Shown in pieces: positions 35,001 through 50,024 of a stretch of 64,000 nt of DNA. Position 1 is the first letter of the stretch. Every line of letters starts with the position of its first letter. The position numbers were made by a program, and so were the translations under genes. The stretch is taken from the NCBI RefSeq assembly GCF_009914755.1, contig NC_060935.1. The stretch is one strand, 5' to 3'. Source of the stretch: the human T2T-CHM13v2.0 reference genome, Homo sapiens. The notes below the pieces were generated by a model. That model did not search any database and had not been told where the DNA came from. It saw nothing but the letters and a program-made list of their open reading frames with translations.

Positions 35001-35377
35001 TTAAAGCATTTTTAAAATTAAGATAATGCATAAAGAATATAGAAATACAGAATACAGGCAAAATCCATATAGAAATGCATACAGAAAAGAGCACATAAAA
35101 GCACAAACTGAACATGCCTACATTAAAAAAAATCACAACATCATCAACATCATGGAAGCACCAGTCCACTTCATGCTCCTCTCTAAGGATTATTTTTAAT
35201 ATCACTTGGTAAGGTGTCTGCCTTCTACAGTCACCAGTAGAGTTACAGGTTAATTTACTTATTACTTCTCTCTTCCTGTGATGAGAGACGGTGGAAAACA
35301 TAAGGGCAGGAACTAAGATTTTTTCTCCTTTGTATCCATGTATCCATGATACATCGATTGCAATGGCTCATACAAAA

Positions 35378-35747
35378 GCAATCACCATCTCAAGTTTTGT
35401 TTTAAAATATAAACCCTGAGACAAACATTAATAAGTAAATGTCTCTCAGAACCCCTAAGGAAACAAATGAAGGGTCTGGGAAAAGCCTGAGGGTGGCGAG
35501 GTGTGTATCAGTATTTCTTGAGAGTGCAGCTCATTGGGGACTTCCCTGATCCTGGATTCAGAAATGCTGGCAGCAAGCAGGAAAAGGCAAGTGTTTGAGC
35601 TGGATAGAAAGAAGTAAAAAGGGAGATGAGGATTCAGAAAGTGAAAGTGAATAGAGATCAGTTTTGGATTTTGTGTTGATGACTTGACCTTGCTTTCTTC
35701 ATCTGTAACATTGAACCAATAACAATTGTTCCAGGATTCTTCAACAA
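35378..35747 (+). repeat. 370-bp direct repeat, copy 1
   Basis: Ungapped match to 36919-37288 (offset 1541), about 22 mismatches by manual count. Confidence 0.95.
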
Positions 35748-36918
35748 ATTTCTATGTAAATTTATTAAGCTGTGGGTCAACTTGTAGTCTCTAGAGCCCA
35801 GATATCTAATGAGAAGCCGCAGAAAAAAGTCCCATTGCCACATCACATTTCGTTTCTAGACTCATCTATTTGATTTAGCTTTTTAAATGTGTGTAGAGCT
35901 CTCAGCAAAGAGGGATATTCTAAATATCTCTCTGAACATTAAAAGGCTAGAATAGAAGGGTGATGATAGTGAAAGGGGTTAACTAGTGTTTTTCATACAT
36001 TAGATAATTCACGCTGCTTCATTTTTCATACATTAGATAATTCACTTCAATGAACAATATTGAATATTCTTTGGAAATGTGTTTAGTGGAAATTCCCATT
36101 TATGCTTGTTTAAGTGGGTTGATGAGGCTTAGGTAATCAAGTTGCAACACTGGGGAAAAAAAGAGACCAGACAAGTACCAACAAGGAAATTCAACTGAAG
36201 TGTTGTTGGTGTGCCACATAGCCATGGGAAAATGAGGGCAGGATCAAAACTTGCTGGAAACTAGCTTCTCTATTTGTTTTCCTGTCTTTCTTTAACTGAA
36301 GTATAGGGGAAATTTTGGTAGGCATAGATTTCCTTTGGATATCATCTCTTTAGCTACAGATTTGCCTCTGATCATTTCTGATTATCCTTATGCCAGTCTT
36401 GTGTTCAAATGCTTCTGAGCACCAACTAAAAGAGATCATACTCTATACAATGTAGAGATTCAGTGTGCTGTGACAAAAGAGTGCAATAGCCAGTCTGGAA
36501 ACATCTGTGGGAGTTTTAATTAGAGGAGAGCCACAGGCTAAATGACTGACAGAAAAAAACAAAGAAAGTAGATGACCCATCTCTGAGCCAATGACAACAG
36601 GAGTACTCATGGATTTTCTCTGCTTTTAAACACTGTGGTTGGATTAAGTGTCTGAACTCATTCCCTGCATGCCCTATATTATTGAATCCTTTTCTTTTGG
36701 TTTAAATTTCCTAATTTATGAGTCTTTCTCAAGGGTAATCATCTTTGAATAGTAGATTTCTGATATCTGAATTAGAAGAATCAGGGTAAAGCCATCACTC
36801 AATGAGGGCTGGTAGTGTGGTAGTATGATTTCAAGGACACCAGAAAAGCCTTTACTCACATTTCTTTCCAATTGAAGTTCCTTGGTCCGAACGCGAAGAA
36901 TTCCTTGTTTCACCAAAT

Positions 36919-37288
36919 GCAATCACCATGTCAAATTTTCTTTTAAAGTATAAATCCTGATACAAACATTAATAAGTAAATGTCTCTCAGAACCCCTTAG
37001 GAAACAAATGAAAGGTCTGGGAAAAGCCTGCAGGTGGGGAGGTGTGTATAAGTATTTCTTGAGAATGCAGCTCACTGGGGACTTCCCTGATCCTGGATTC
37101 AGAAATTCTGGCAGCGAGCAGGAAAAGGCAGGCGTTTGAGCTGGATAGAAAGAAGTAAAAAGGGAGATGAGGATTCAGAAAGTGAAAGTGAATAGAGATC
37201 AGTTTTGGATTTTGTGTTGATGACTTGACCTCCCTTTCTTCATCTGTAACATTGAACCAATAACACTTCTTCCAGGATTCTTCAACAA
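36919..37288 (+). repeat. 370-bp direct repeat, copy 2
   Basis: See copy 1. Confidence 0.95.
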
Positions 37289-39000
37289 TGATCAGAAGAG
37301 ACTCTTTTTCCTTTGTCACACAAATTAATTATTTTTTTTTCTTTTTGTAAGAAAAATGGTTTAAGTTTGGGATTTCAAGATAAATGTGTGTGTGCGTGTG
37401 TGTGTGTCTGTGTGTGTGTGTATACATATATATATTTCCTATTTATGTTTTTTGGGCCTTCTTTTGCTTGAGATTTTAAAATTTTTTTGAAAGACTTATT
37501 AAAAAGATCACCTCCCTCTTTAAGGATGAAGACTGGAAACTAAAAGAAGTCTGCCCAAGTTCATAGTTCATGGACATGATTTGATCAGTAATTCAAAAGG
37601 GCAATATGACCTTATGCTTTTTTAACTTTCTTTGTTACCTAAGTAATCACTGGGAAAGGCTTTGATACTATATTCGAGATTAGAGCCACAAGTGACTTGA
37701 TCAAACTTAATTTTTTCCAGGAGAGAGAGGATGGTTTCATGTCACATGTCTGTGAATCGTGACCCTACAAGCCTTTGAGAACAGTTCAGGATCACTGCAC
37801 TTTACATCTCTAGGTTGAGGAGAAGAGCACACTTGATAGTGTATGAAAAGTGTCTAGCAGAGAGACTGCACTTAATAGGCATTCAGAGCAATTTATATAC
37901 TAAACAATGATGAGGGTGGCTTCCCTGGATTTTTTACCCCCAACGTATTTTAGGCTACAAAGTGGACTGTCTTCTTTCACAGATAGAATAGGTAAAACAT
38001 GGGCTGACAGAAAATTCAAATTTCAAGACACACTATATTTGTTTTATGGATACCCAGTAATGTTGTCACCACTAAATTAGCACATTGTGTTAATACCAAG
38101 CTTACTTGTTTACAAAACTAACCAACCAACCAACTAACCAACCAACCAAAGCAACAAATAAAAAACCAACTGAGTGATTCAGCAACTAGGAATGTTGAGA
38201 TATCTTAAAATTTTTAATTCTCAGTTGACTTGGAGACAATTTCATGTACTAATTTAGACTTTTTCTGAAGCTTTTTTTAGTCTGTAGCAACTCTTGAGGT
38301 AAAGAACTTCATGAATTTATTTCTTAATATAAGAGATAAGTCTCCTCCTCCTTCTCCGTCTCCTCGTTCTTGTGGTTAAATTAACTCTTTTAAGCTTCAA
38401 GCAGAGTTTCCTAGGTGTAATAGATTAAAATTTCCAAATTATGTTCACCCATAAACACAATCCAATTTTGTGAGCATCCTTCACCAGTTTGGCTGTCAAT
38501 CATCACCAGTCTATTGCCAAATATTTCATTCCTGTCCTTTCCATCACACAGAAAAAATTGGACTCCCACTCACTTTGATGTTAGGCATACTCATGTGCTT
38601 CACTTTTCTTCATGAAATCTGAATGAAATTGGCATATGGCTGCTACTGAGCAGAAATTTTAAGAGCCATGATTAATTTGCTCCCATCTCTTTCTCTGCCA
38701 AAGTAATTGTTGAAGATTAAACCCTTATCAGAGTGGGTGCCTGCGTTACTAGTATGAGCTGTGCTGACCTGAAATTTACAATGAAAAAGAGAAATAAATC
38801 AATTATTTTTTGGATGCTGAGATTTGGACGTTGTTTTTAAATGTAGTACAACCTAGCCTATTGTGATAAAATACAATTGCATTATAGATTTGCAACTTTT
38901 CTCTCCTCAGACTAACAATATTGGTTTCTAATCATATCTTTAAGTCAAGGCAAACATGTGCCATCTGTTGATTCTAAGGTCTTCTTATACTTTTACTTTC

Positions 39001-40330
<1,330 letters not shown>

Positions 40331-40802
40331 CCTATACTTTCTACTTTCTTTCTATACTTTCTGATAAAATTCTGGCTTTAATTTCTTTACCTTTTACCAT
40401 CATCATCATCATCATCATCACCAACATTATCAGTGTTGTGCTTAACAGTAAATTCCAAGCTCCTAAATTTTAAGGGATAAAATAAGTTATTTTTCCAACA
40501 GCCTTATTTTAGAAATGAGACAACTCAGATCCTCCTAAGATAAGAGATTTATCCAGGACCATACGGTAGACTTCTTCTCAATTTTAACTTGCAACTTTTT
40601 TTAGATCTTTGTACTTCATAACTCATGCCATTCATTTATTTATTCATTTTTGTGGTTTTTTGTTTGTTTGTTTGTTTTTTAGTAGTGTCATCCATGATGG
40701 ATATTCATTCAAGTTTTTAAGTTAAAGTTTTAAAAAGTAAGTGCTGGCTAGTGGAAGAGCCAGGATTAGTCTCAATGACTATAGCTTGAGAACAATGCTA
40801 AG

Positions 40803-41528
<726 letters not shown>

Positions 41529-42682
41529 TGACAAATTGATAACATTTTAAATTAAAAACAAAGCAAAACCTAAGGTTAGAATCTCAGTATTATTTCTAGC
41601 AGCTATGATATTTATGGAGTATCAGGTCATAGAATTTAACATAAAATATTAACGAGACTTCAGTATCATTTGCCCGTCTAACAAAAGGCATTTAATCCCA
41701 GTTTTTACAAAATATTCATCCTGATTTAGCTGATAGTTGAGGTCCTTGTGCTGAGCCATCTGCTAATTCTGTGGAAGACTGACCACACCTTTGAACGGGG
41801 AGCCTCCCAGGTGCCAAATAGAAGAAATTGTGCAGAATACTCTGACTCACACTAACGATAGTCATCATCCTTACCTTCTCCTTTTCTCCCTCCCTTCCTT
41901 TTCTTTCCCAGGTCTTCTGTGAGTACACCGACAATTTCAAACACTATACTAGGAACTGAATTTGGATAAATCATAACCTGCCCCAGGGGCTCACTTCTAG
42001 GAGAGGGGACAGATAAGTAATTGCACAATTATAATATAATTATAACATACTATATTATATGTATGAGGTTGTATGAGTATATGAAAGAGGAATTTATAAG
42101 TCACAATACGGGGAAAAGAGTCTTATAACTTACATCTCCACAAATGTTTTTTCTTTTCAGGGGATGCTCCTAAATTACTGCCGTTATATCGCAGGAGATA
42201 GAACATATACGAGGCACAATGGCAAAGCATAGGATCTATGTTTTAACTAATGAATGGGAAATAGGCTCCAAAAGAAGATTGCCCATTAAAGCCATCCCCT
42301 TGAGAGGCTATTAATGAATTCCAAAGATGTTGCCTTTCCTTAAAGCTTTTTTGGAACTTGTATTTGGTTAGACTCTGAGCTCTTCTAGAGCAGAACAAAG
42401 CTTAACTTAATGCATGGTGCATGATTAATGTTTATAGAACAAGTAAGTGAACTCAGAGACAGTGGCTCATTTTTAATACCATAATTGGTGAGTAATACTT
42501 GTTCCTGGGGTGTTTGGGGTTTTTAGAGGCTTAAGACATCCAGATTTAACAAAACTGTGGTCAGACTAACAGTGTTTAGAGTTCAAAGTGAGGCATAGCT
42601 CTACAGTAATGGAAGTGGATTTCTTGCAAACCATCTCCAAAGAATACCAGAACAAAAGCAGGAAGAAAAGAAAGTGTGTTTT

Positions 42683-42994
<312 letters not shown>

Positions 42995-43114
42995 AAAAGT
43001 GGGTTTTGATGAATAGTAACGTCATCCTCAAATATGAAGAGTATTGGTTGTAATGTTGCTTGGAGGAAATTGATAAGCACTTTTTAAGAAAAGTAGATTG
43101 TATTAGAAGCATCC

Positions 43115-43956
43115 TTTCTTTCTTTTTTTTTTTTTTTTTTTTTTTACTTTAAGTTCTGGGATACATGTGTAGAATGTGCAGGTTTTTTACGTAGGTGTAC
43201 ATATGCCATGGTGGTTTGCTCCACCTATCAACCAGTCATCTAGGTTTTCAGCCCCGCATGCATTAGGTATTTGTCCTAATGCTCTCCCTCCCCTTGTCCC
43301 TCACCCTCCAACAGGCCCCAGTGTGTGATGCTCCCCTCCCTGTGCCCATGTGTTCTCATTGTTCAACTCGCATTTATGAGTGAGAACATGTGGAGTTTGA
43401 TTTTCTGTTCCTGTGTTAGTTTGCTGAGAATGATGGCTTCCAGCTTCCTCTATGTCCCTGCAAAGGACATGAACTCATTCTTTTTTATGGCTGCATAGTA
43501 TTCTATGGTGTATATGTGCCAATTTTTTTTATCCAATCTATTATTGATGGGCATTTGGGTTGGTTCCAAGTCTTTCCTATTGTAAATAGTACTGCAATAA
43601 ACATACCTGTGCATGTGTCTTTATAATAGAATGATTTATGATCCTTTGGTTATATACCCAGTAATGGGATTGCTGGGTCAAATGGTATCTAGATCTTTGA
43701 GGAATCATCACAATGTCTTCCACAATGGTTAAACTAATTTACACTCCCATCACCAGTATAAAAGCGTTCCTATTTCTCCACATCCTTGCCAGCATCTGTT
43801 GTTTCCTGACTTTTTAATAATCATCATTCTAATTGACATGAGATGGCATCTCATTGTGGTTTTCATTTGCATTTTTCTAATGACTAGTGATGATGAGCTT
43901 TTTTTCATATGTTTGTTGGCCGCATGGTTGTCTTCTTTTGAGAAGTGTCTGTTCAT
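43115..43956 (-). mobile_element. L1PA7/8-like 3' fragment (about 840 bp)
   Basis: ORF2 C-terminus MNRHFSKED...GCGEIGTL; 3'UTR gccccgcatgcattagg; TSD core agaagcat. Confidence 0.92.
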
Positions 43957-46900
43957 AGCAGAAGCATTTCTTCTGGGAACAAAAGTACCATCCAAGGATT
44001 ATTTAAACACCAGAGGATTTTGAATAAGCAAAAATGTCCTTTGAGCTGACTTTTGGGATTGGAGCTGGTGAGAACTGCATTACTCAGCATGGCATGAAAA
44101 GCACTTGGAATTGCTAGGAGCAATCCTGGAAGTCCACTTTAAAAAAGATCATAGGGAAGAGAAAGAGAGAAGCCACTGAGATGAAGAAAGAGCCCATGAC
44201 ACCAGTGTGCCTGGGTGGACAAAAGACAAGCTGTGGATTGTTTCAAATAGAGGATTGGTTCACACAGGGATTCGGTTCTTTGCTCTCTACACTGATGTTA
44301 CAGTTACAAGCACCATACCTGCATGATATTGTTGATATTTTTTAAGATCAAGGAAAAAACCTGAAAGTCCATATATGAGTGAAAGTGGTGTAAGTCAGGG
44401 GCAACATTCAAGGAAGATAAAATAATTCATAAATAGAACTGATTTATGGGAGCAGGAGCTCAGAACTAGAAGTAACAATAGAAACCCAGATCCTCCAGAG
44501 ATTCATAGAACTCTTAGAAAAAGCTTCGACTATGGCCTGGGGGTTCTGAGTAGCCTTAGCTTAATTGGAAGCCTTACCCCAATTGACACATGAGTTTCAT
44601 ATAAAATATAGCACTAGACAAAATCTGAGCACCTCTATTTTGATTATAGAAAATTGGTTCTGAAGCTTTTTTTTTTCTTTTCTGGAATTTTCTTCTTTCT
44701 TTACTAAGAAAAAAGTTCCACCCTGCTACTGCTGCCCCTACAGAGTCGATCATGGTATTTGCTGGGTTCCCACTGTATTTTCTAGAGATTTACATTTTAG
44801 CACCTGTATAAGTTTTGGACAATTTAGAAATTTTCTGCTCCTTTAGATTCTGAGCTACTTGAGGTTGGGGAACATGTCTTATTTTTGTTTATCCTGAACC
44901 CTTTGTTTCTATCAAATATCCAGTAAATGTTACTGAATAAATGAATGAATTAATGATTAAATGTATGTATGCATGAATCAATGAATGAAGATGAGTATCT
45001 ATGCTCCTAGAAGTTATAACCTAAATACAGGGAATTTTAAGTAACAGAGTACAAGTCTGGGCGTAAATCAAAACTAAAGATTTTCAAATATCAAAAAGAA
45101 TTTTGTTTGACTTCCTTCTTAGAGACGGTTTTGGTTTGCTTGTTTTAAACATCTTTCATCTCCATCCCTTGTTTTCTGGAATTTCTATAAGCTATCACCA
45201 TCCTCCCCACCACCACCCTGCTAAAAAAGGCCCTTTTCTGAGAAACAGAAGAAGAAATAAATGAAATTGGTTTGCATGCCTTAGTGAATTCTTATGATGA
45301 AAGGGTAACCTGGAAACAATTCCCATTACACTTAGCAAAACCATTTTTCAGTCTATACAGCCCACTATCTAATTACAGTATTGGAATACTGTTAAGAATG
45401 GAGCAAAGTTCAAAGAATCAGTTATATCCCCAATCAAAGTGACCGGCCACACTTTCAGTAGCTGGTGAGAGTGAAGAGGAAGTCACTAAACCAGAAGATC
45501 TAATCAGTCTGTTTATCATGTGACAAGAAGATCTTAAGTATTCCTATTGCTGTTCTTATGGAGACTTCATGTCACCCAAATGGAGGCAAGGGACCTCTTT
45601 AAAGAGATCAAACAAGGTTGGTAACAGAAGTCCACATGTGAACCTGAACCCTGGGGAGGGATTATTGAGAGAAAACTAGAAGCGTCAATTTGCCCTGTTC
45701 CCCAGCTTCTTCAGAGACCTATGTTGAGAGCTGGCCAGCACGAGTCAACTATTGTTGCCTGGCAGTCATCCAAAATGCAGTCTATTACTGGAGAAAAAGC
45801 AGTGCATGTGGGAAGGAACTCAGCCCTCTTTTGTGGGCCTTGTATTGTTACTGCACAGCAGAGGATCCAGATAGAGGAAACTAGCTTTAGTGGCATTTTT
45901 TTAAAAAGGATAATACTTGATTTGAACAAATAGAACTGTGTAGCCTCCATAAAATTCTGTTTATTTTGTACAATTTGTTTCCAGGTATCTTTGGTACAGT
46001 TTAATCCTGGTGAGGGGTATGATGCCATGTAAGCAGAATAAAAGGTTGACATTAAGAAATCATTTTAGGTCTAGAAATAAATGTGGGCTGGAGGAAGGAA
46101 AGGATGTGGTCTGGTGGCAAGGAGAAAAAAGGGTGTGCCAGGTGAGAGGCACATGAAATGTGAAATCCTATAAGCCAGTCTGTTTCTGGGGTTGGAAGGC
46201 AGGGCTATTGTGTAAAGAGCAAGGCTAGAAAAACCACTGTGAGGCTGAAGAGTAATTATATCCTGGGGAGGAGATGCTTCAGCCTCTCAAGTCAGATCCA
46301 CGGACATTTGCTTCGTTGTTTGTTTTGATAAGTAGGGGCTACTGTTCACATCTGAGAGGAACGGCATGACTAATGTGATGCTCCTGATAAGTTCTCAACC
46401 TTGGTTATATATTGGAATCACTTTAAAATTACTAATGCCTTGGCATTTTACGAAGGTCTCTAGGTGATTTTAATATGCCACATGCTAGAAGGAGCACCCT
46501 CACTTTACTTGGGCAAGTTCAATCTTACAATATACCTGATAGTACTTCTTGATTTCTTTGACTTTAATGACCATCTGCAATGTGGTTACCTGCTGATACA
46601 ATTGCCTCCTAAACTAGTGGTTTTCAAGTGTCAAGGTGCATAGGCATTTCCAGTATATCTTGTAAAAGACAGAAAAAAAAAACACAGATTTGATTCAGTA
46701 GATCTGGGGTAGGGCTTGAGAATCAACGTTCTAACAAAAATCCCCTCTTCTGTTCCTCAGAACACACTGTGAGTAGTAAGCTCTTGAATTACAACTCCTC
46801 ACAGCCTTGTTCCCACTTCCATTTGGTGTAGCCCTCAAGAGTGCAGGCTTTGGGTTTAGAACACTCTGGCCTCTACCCTCTACTAGCTGAATGAGTCTGG

Positions 46901-47844
46901 GCCAGTTGATTAACTTTAATTACCTAGTTTCTTTGCCTATAAAATGAGGATAAATGAAGGTTTTGTGAGTATATAAAAGATTAACTTAAAGTGGACTAAC
47001 AGTGCAGGGCCTTGCACATGGTTAGTCCCTAGCTTTCTCTAACCCCTGAGATGCTTTGTCTTGTCACAGCTCCTTTAATTATTTTTTGGTCTCCTACTTT
47101 ATAACTTCTGTAGAATCTTATAGAAATTCTCAACTGACCTCTAGTTCTTGGAATCCTCCCAGCTTCCCCAAACTGTTGCTTCTTTTCTGGCCTCTATTCC
47201 CTTTCCACTCAGCCTGTGTTCTCTGGTCAATCATGTAGACCATGGCTTCTATCCGTTCATTCATTAAACAAACATTTACTGAGCACGCCATATGTGCTAG
47301 GCATTGTGATGAGCTCTAGGAGTATATTCAATGCATTCAGTGGTGGGCTGGTAAATGTTTCATGATGGTGTAAAAATGTATGTTTATGCACACATACATA
47401 AATGTATACTTTTTAATATAAAACATTAATGTAAAGAATGTATAGTGTACAATTTACTCTTTATTTTAAATGTAATATAGCCATTTTGTTTCCACAGAAA
47501 TTTTTTATTTTATTTTTTGCTAAACTATTGTATTTTTAGCCAAGCTATGGTTGTATCTGATGAATGAATATAGTTCATATAAGAATATTACTTGATTCTT
47601 TTGTATTAATAAGATTAAAGTAAAATTAGGTGGTAAGTTGTAACTTCCTTTGTTTGTCAATATCATGAGCTGCTTCTTTGCTGAATCATAGGTTTTAGAT
47701 ACCGGAAGAATAATATTTCTTTAAATTTTTGTGTAATGGCTATAGACATGACCTGCTTTAAGCTTAATCTGTGCTGTTAACATTTTTACTATCATTTTCT
47801 CAAGTCTAAACAATCAAATAAACAATACATCAAGATGTCAACTA

Positions 47845-48146
<302 letters not shown>

Positions 48147-48217
48147 CTAGTGTTGCTGATTTATTTGGTATCAATACATCCACTATTGTCAATTTCAAGC
48201 TACCAACATAATGTATT

Positions 48218-48259
48218 GTAATGGCAAAAACTGCAATTACTTTTGCACCAACCGAATAA
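48218..48259. mobile_element. MADE1 (Hsmar1 MITE) half element
   Basis: gtaatggcaaaaactgcaattacttttgcaccaaccgaata corresponds to one MADE1 arm. Confidence 0.85.
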
Positions 48260-48653
48260 TGGCACTGAACAGGAAGTTGAAAAGATGTGCGGTAGTCCCT
48301 CAATAGATAGTATTTCCACCATAAGGATTGAATCGGGGAAAATAACTTCAAGAGAATAAATCGTAGTAAACACTATGACAATAAACAGGAAATGAATTAG
48401 AGCATTTATTATGTTTTGAGAATATAATTTGTTTTTTAAAATAATAGCTATGTTTAACAAACAGATGGAAAAATTCCTGAAAATTTAATAATAAGCACTT
48501 CTTAGCAAGGACAAGCCAGCTGCAACACATCAGGTTTGTGCAGTAGACATAGTCACTGACATCATGAAGCTTATACTCTAGAAATGGAGGCAGAGAAATA
48601 AATGAGCATGAATCTTATAAGAAGGGCCCCTCAGCCAAATTTGATGCTATAAT

Positions 48654-49191
48654 TGTGATAGGCAGAATGTTGGCTCCCCATGGACTTCACTCTCTGGTGT
48701 TTATATCCATGAATAGGTTATATTAAATGGCAAAAAGATTTTGTAGATGTAATGTTACAAAGCAATTGACCTTAAAATGGTGAGAGTATCTTTGATTATC
48801 CAGATGGGCCTAATGTAATCACATGAATCCTTAAAACAGAAGGCAGAAGCAGAAATCAGAGTCAAAGCACAAGGATTACCAAGGCACCATTGTTGGCTTG
48901 AAGAGAAAGAGGACCATGCAGCAAGGAAATAGGGACCACAGTCCCACAACCATGAGGCACTGAATTCTGCCAATACCCAGTGAGTGTGGAAGAAGACCAT
49001 ACGTCCCAGATGAGAGCTGCAGCCCTGGATACTACCTGGATTTTAGCCTAATGAGACCCTGAAAAGATAAACCAACCACACTGTGCCAGATTTCTAACCT
49101 ATAGAAATAGTGAGATAAATTTGTGCTTTTTAAAAGTGCTACATTTTTACAGCACAGTAATTTGTTACACAGCAATAGAAAACTAATAACA
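48654..49191 (+). mobile_element. MLT1D/E-like solo LTR
   Basis: tgtgataggcagaat...gattatccagatgggcctaatgtaatcac...tttgttacacagcaatagaaaactaata. Confidence 0.8.
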
Positions 49192-49883
49192 ACTAGTAAA
49201 AAAAAAAATTATCAAAATAACAGTAATCCAGGAATAGCAGGGAAAAGAATGTTTCAGCACTTTCAGGGATTTAGTGGTGTTGAATATGCCTGAGTGGCAT
49301 GTACAAGAGAAAGAAAAATGAGAAATCAAGATGGAAAAAAAGTGTTCCTTCCTGAAGAACCTTTTAAGCTAGGAGAATATTCTGAATGTTTTCCCAAGAG
49401 CAAAGGGAACCAATACATCATTTGTCATGATCAATTTGTGTTTATGGAAGATAGATGAAAAGGGTGTTGAATGGCAGGAGGCAGATCATTTAGGAGGCTT
49501 TTTCAGATCAAACAAGCATGGTGAGGATGGAGAAAAGTGGATTGCGGTGCCTTACCCTGTATACTCACTATTGTCTACTGTTTGTTCTTTCTCTCGTTTG
49601 CTTTTTAGTTGTGCTCAACAATCACTGTTTTAGCACTCTGTGCCAGGCACCATGCCAGGCAGTGTGAATACCCCTTCAGGCTCCCAGACCTTGGTAGGGA
49701 TCATGTTGCTGCCCTTTTTCCCCCAGAAGCTGTGTAAAGTAATGTAAATACATAGTTTATGAATTCAAAAAACTAGTTCTGCCACTTATAAAGTGAACAA
49801 CCTAGGGCAGGTCACTTAACCTCTCTGAGTTTCACTTTCCTGATTTGCAAATAATTGCTATAGCTACTTCAGAAAGCTATTGT

Positions 49884-50024
49884 GGCTAGGCGTGGTGGCT
49901 TATGCCTGTAATCCCAGCAGTTTGGGATGCTAAGGCAGGAGAATTACTTAAACCCAGAAGCTCAAGACCAGCCTCGGCAACATAGTAATACCCTGTCTCT
50001 ATTAAAAATAAAATAAAAGAAAAT
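49884..50024 (+). mobile_element. FLAM_C-like Alu monomer inserted in a MIR
   Basis: Single left monomer plus A tail; TSD agaa(a/g)gctattgt. Confidence 0.88.

Noticed and set aside
42140-42240. Strong splice acceptor (ttttcttttcag|G) followed by a few CpGs
   Set aside because: No matching donor or recognisable coding frame found
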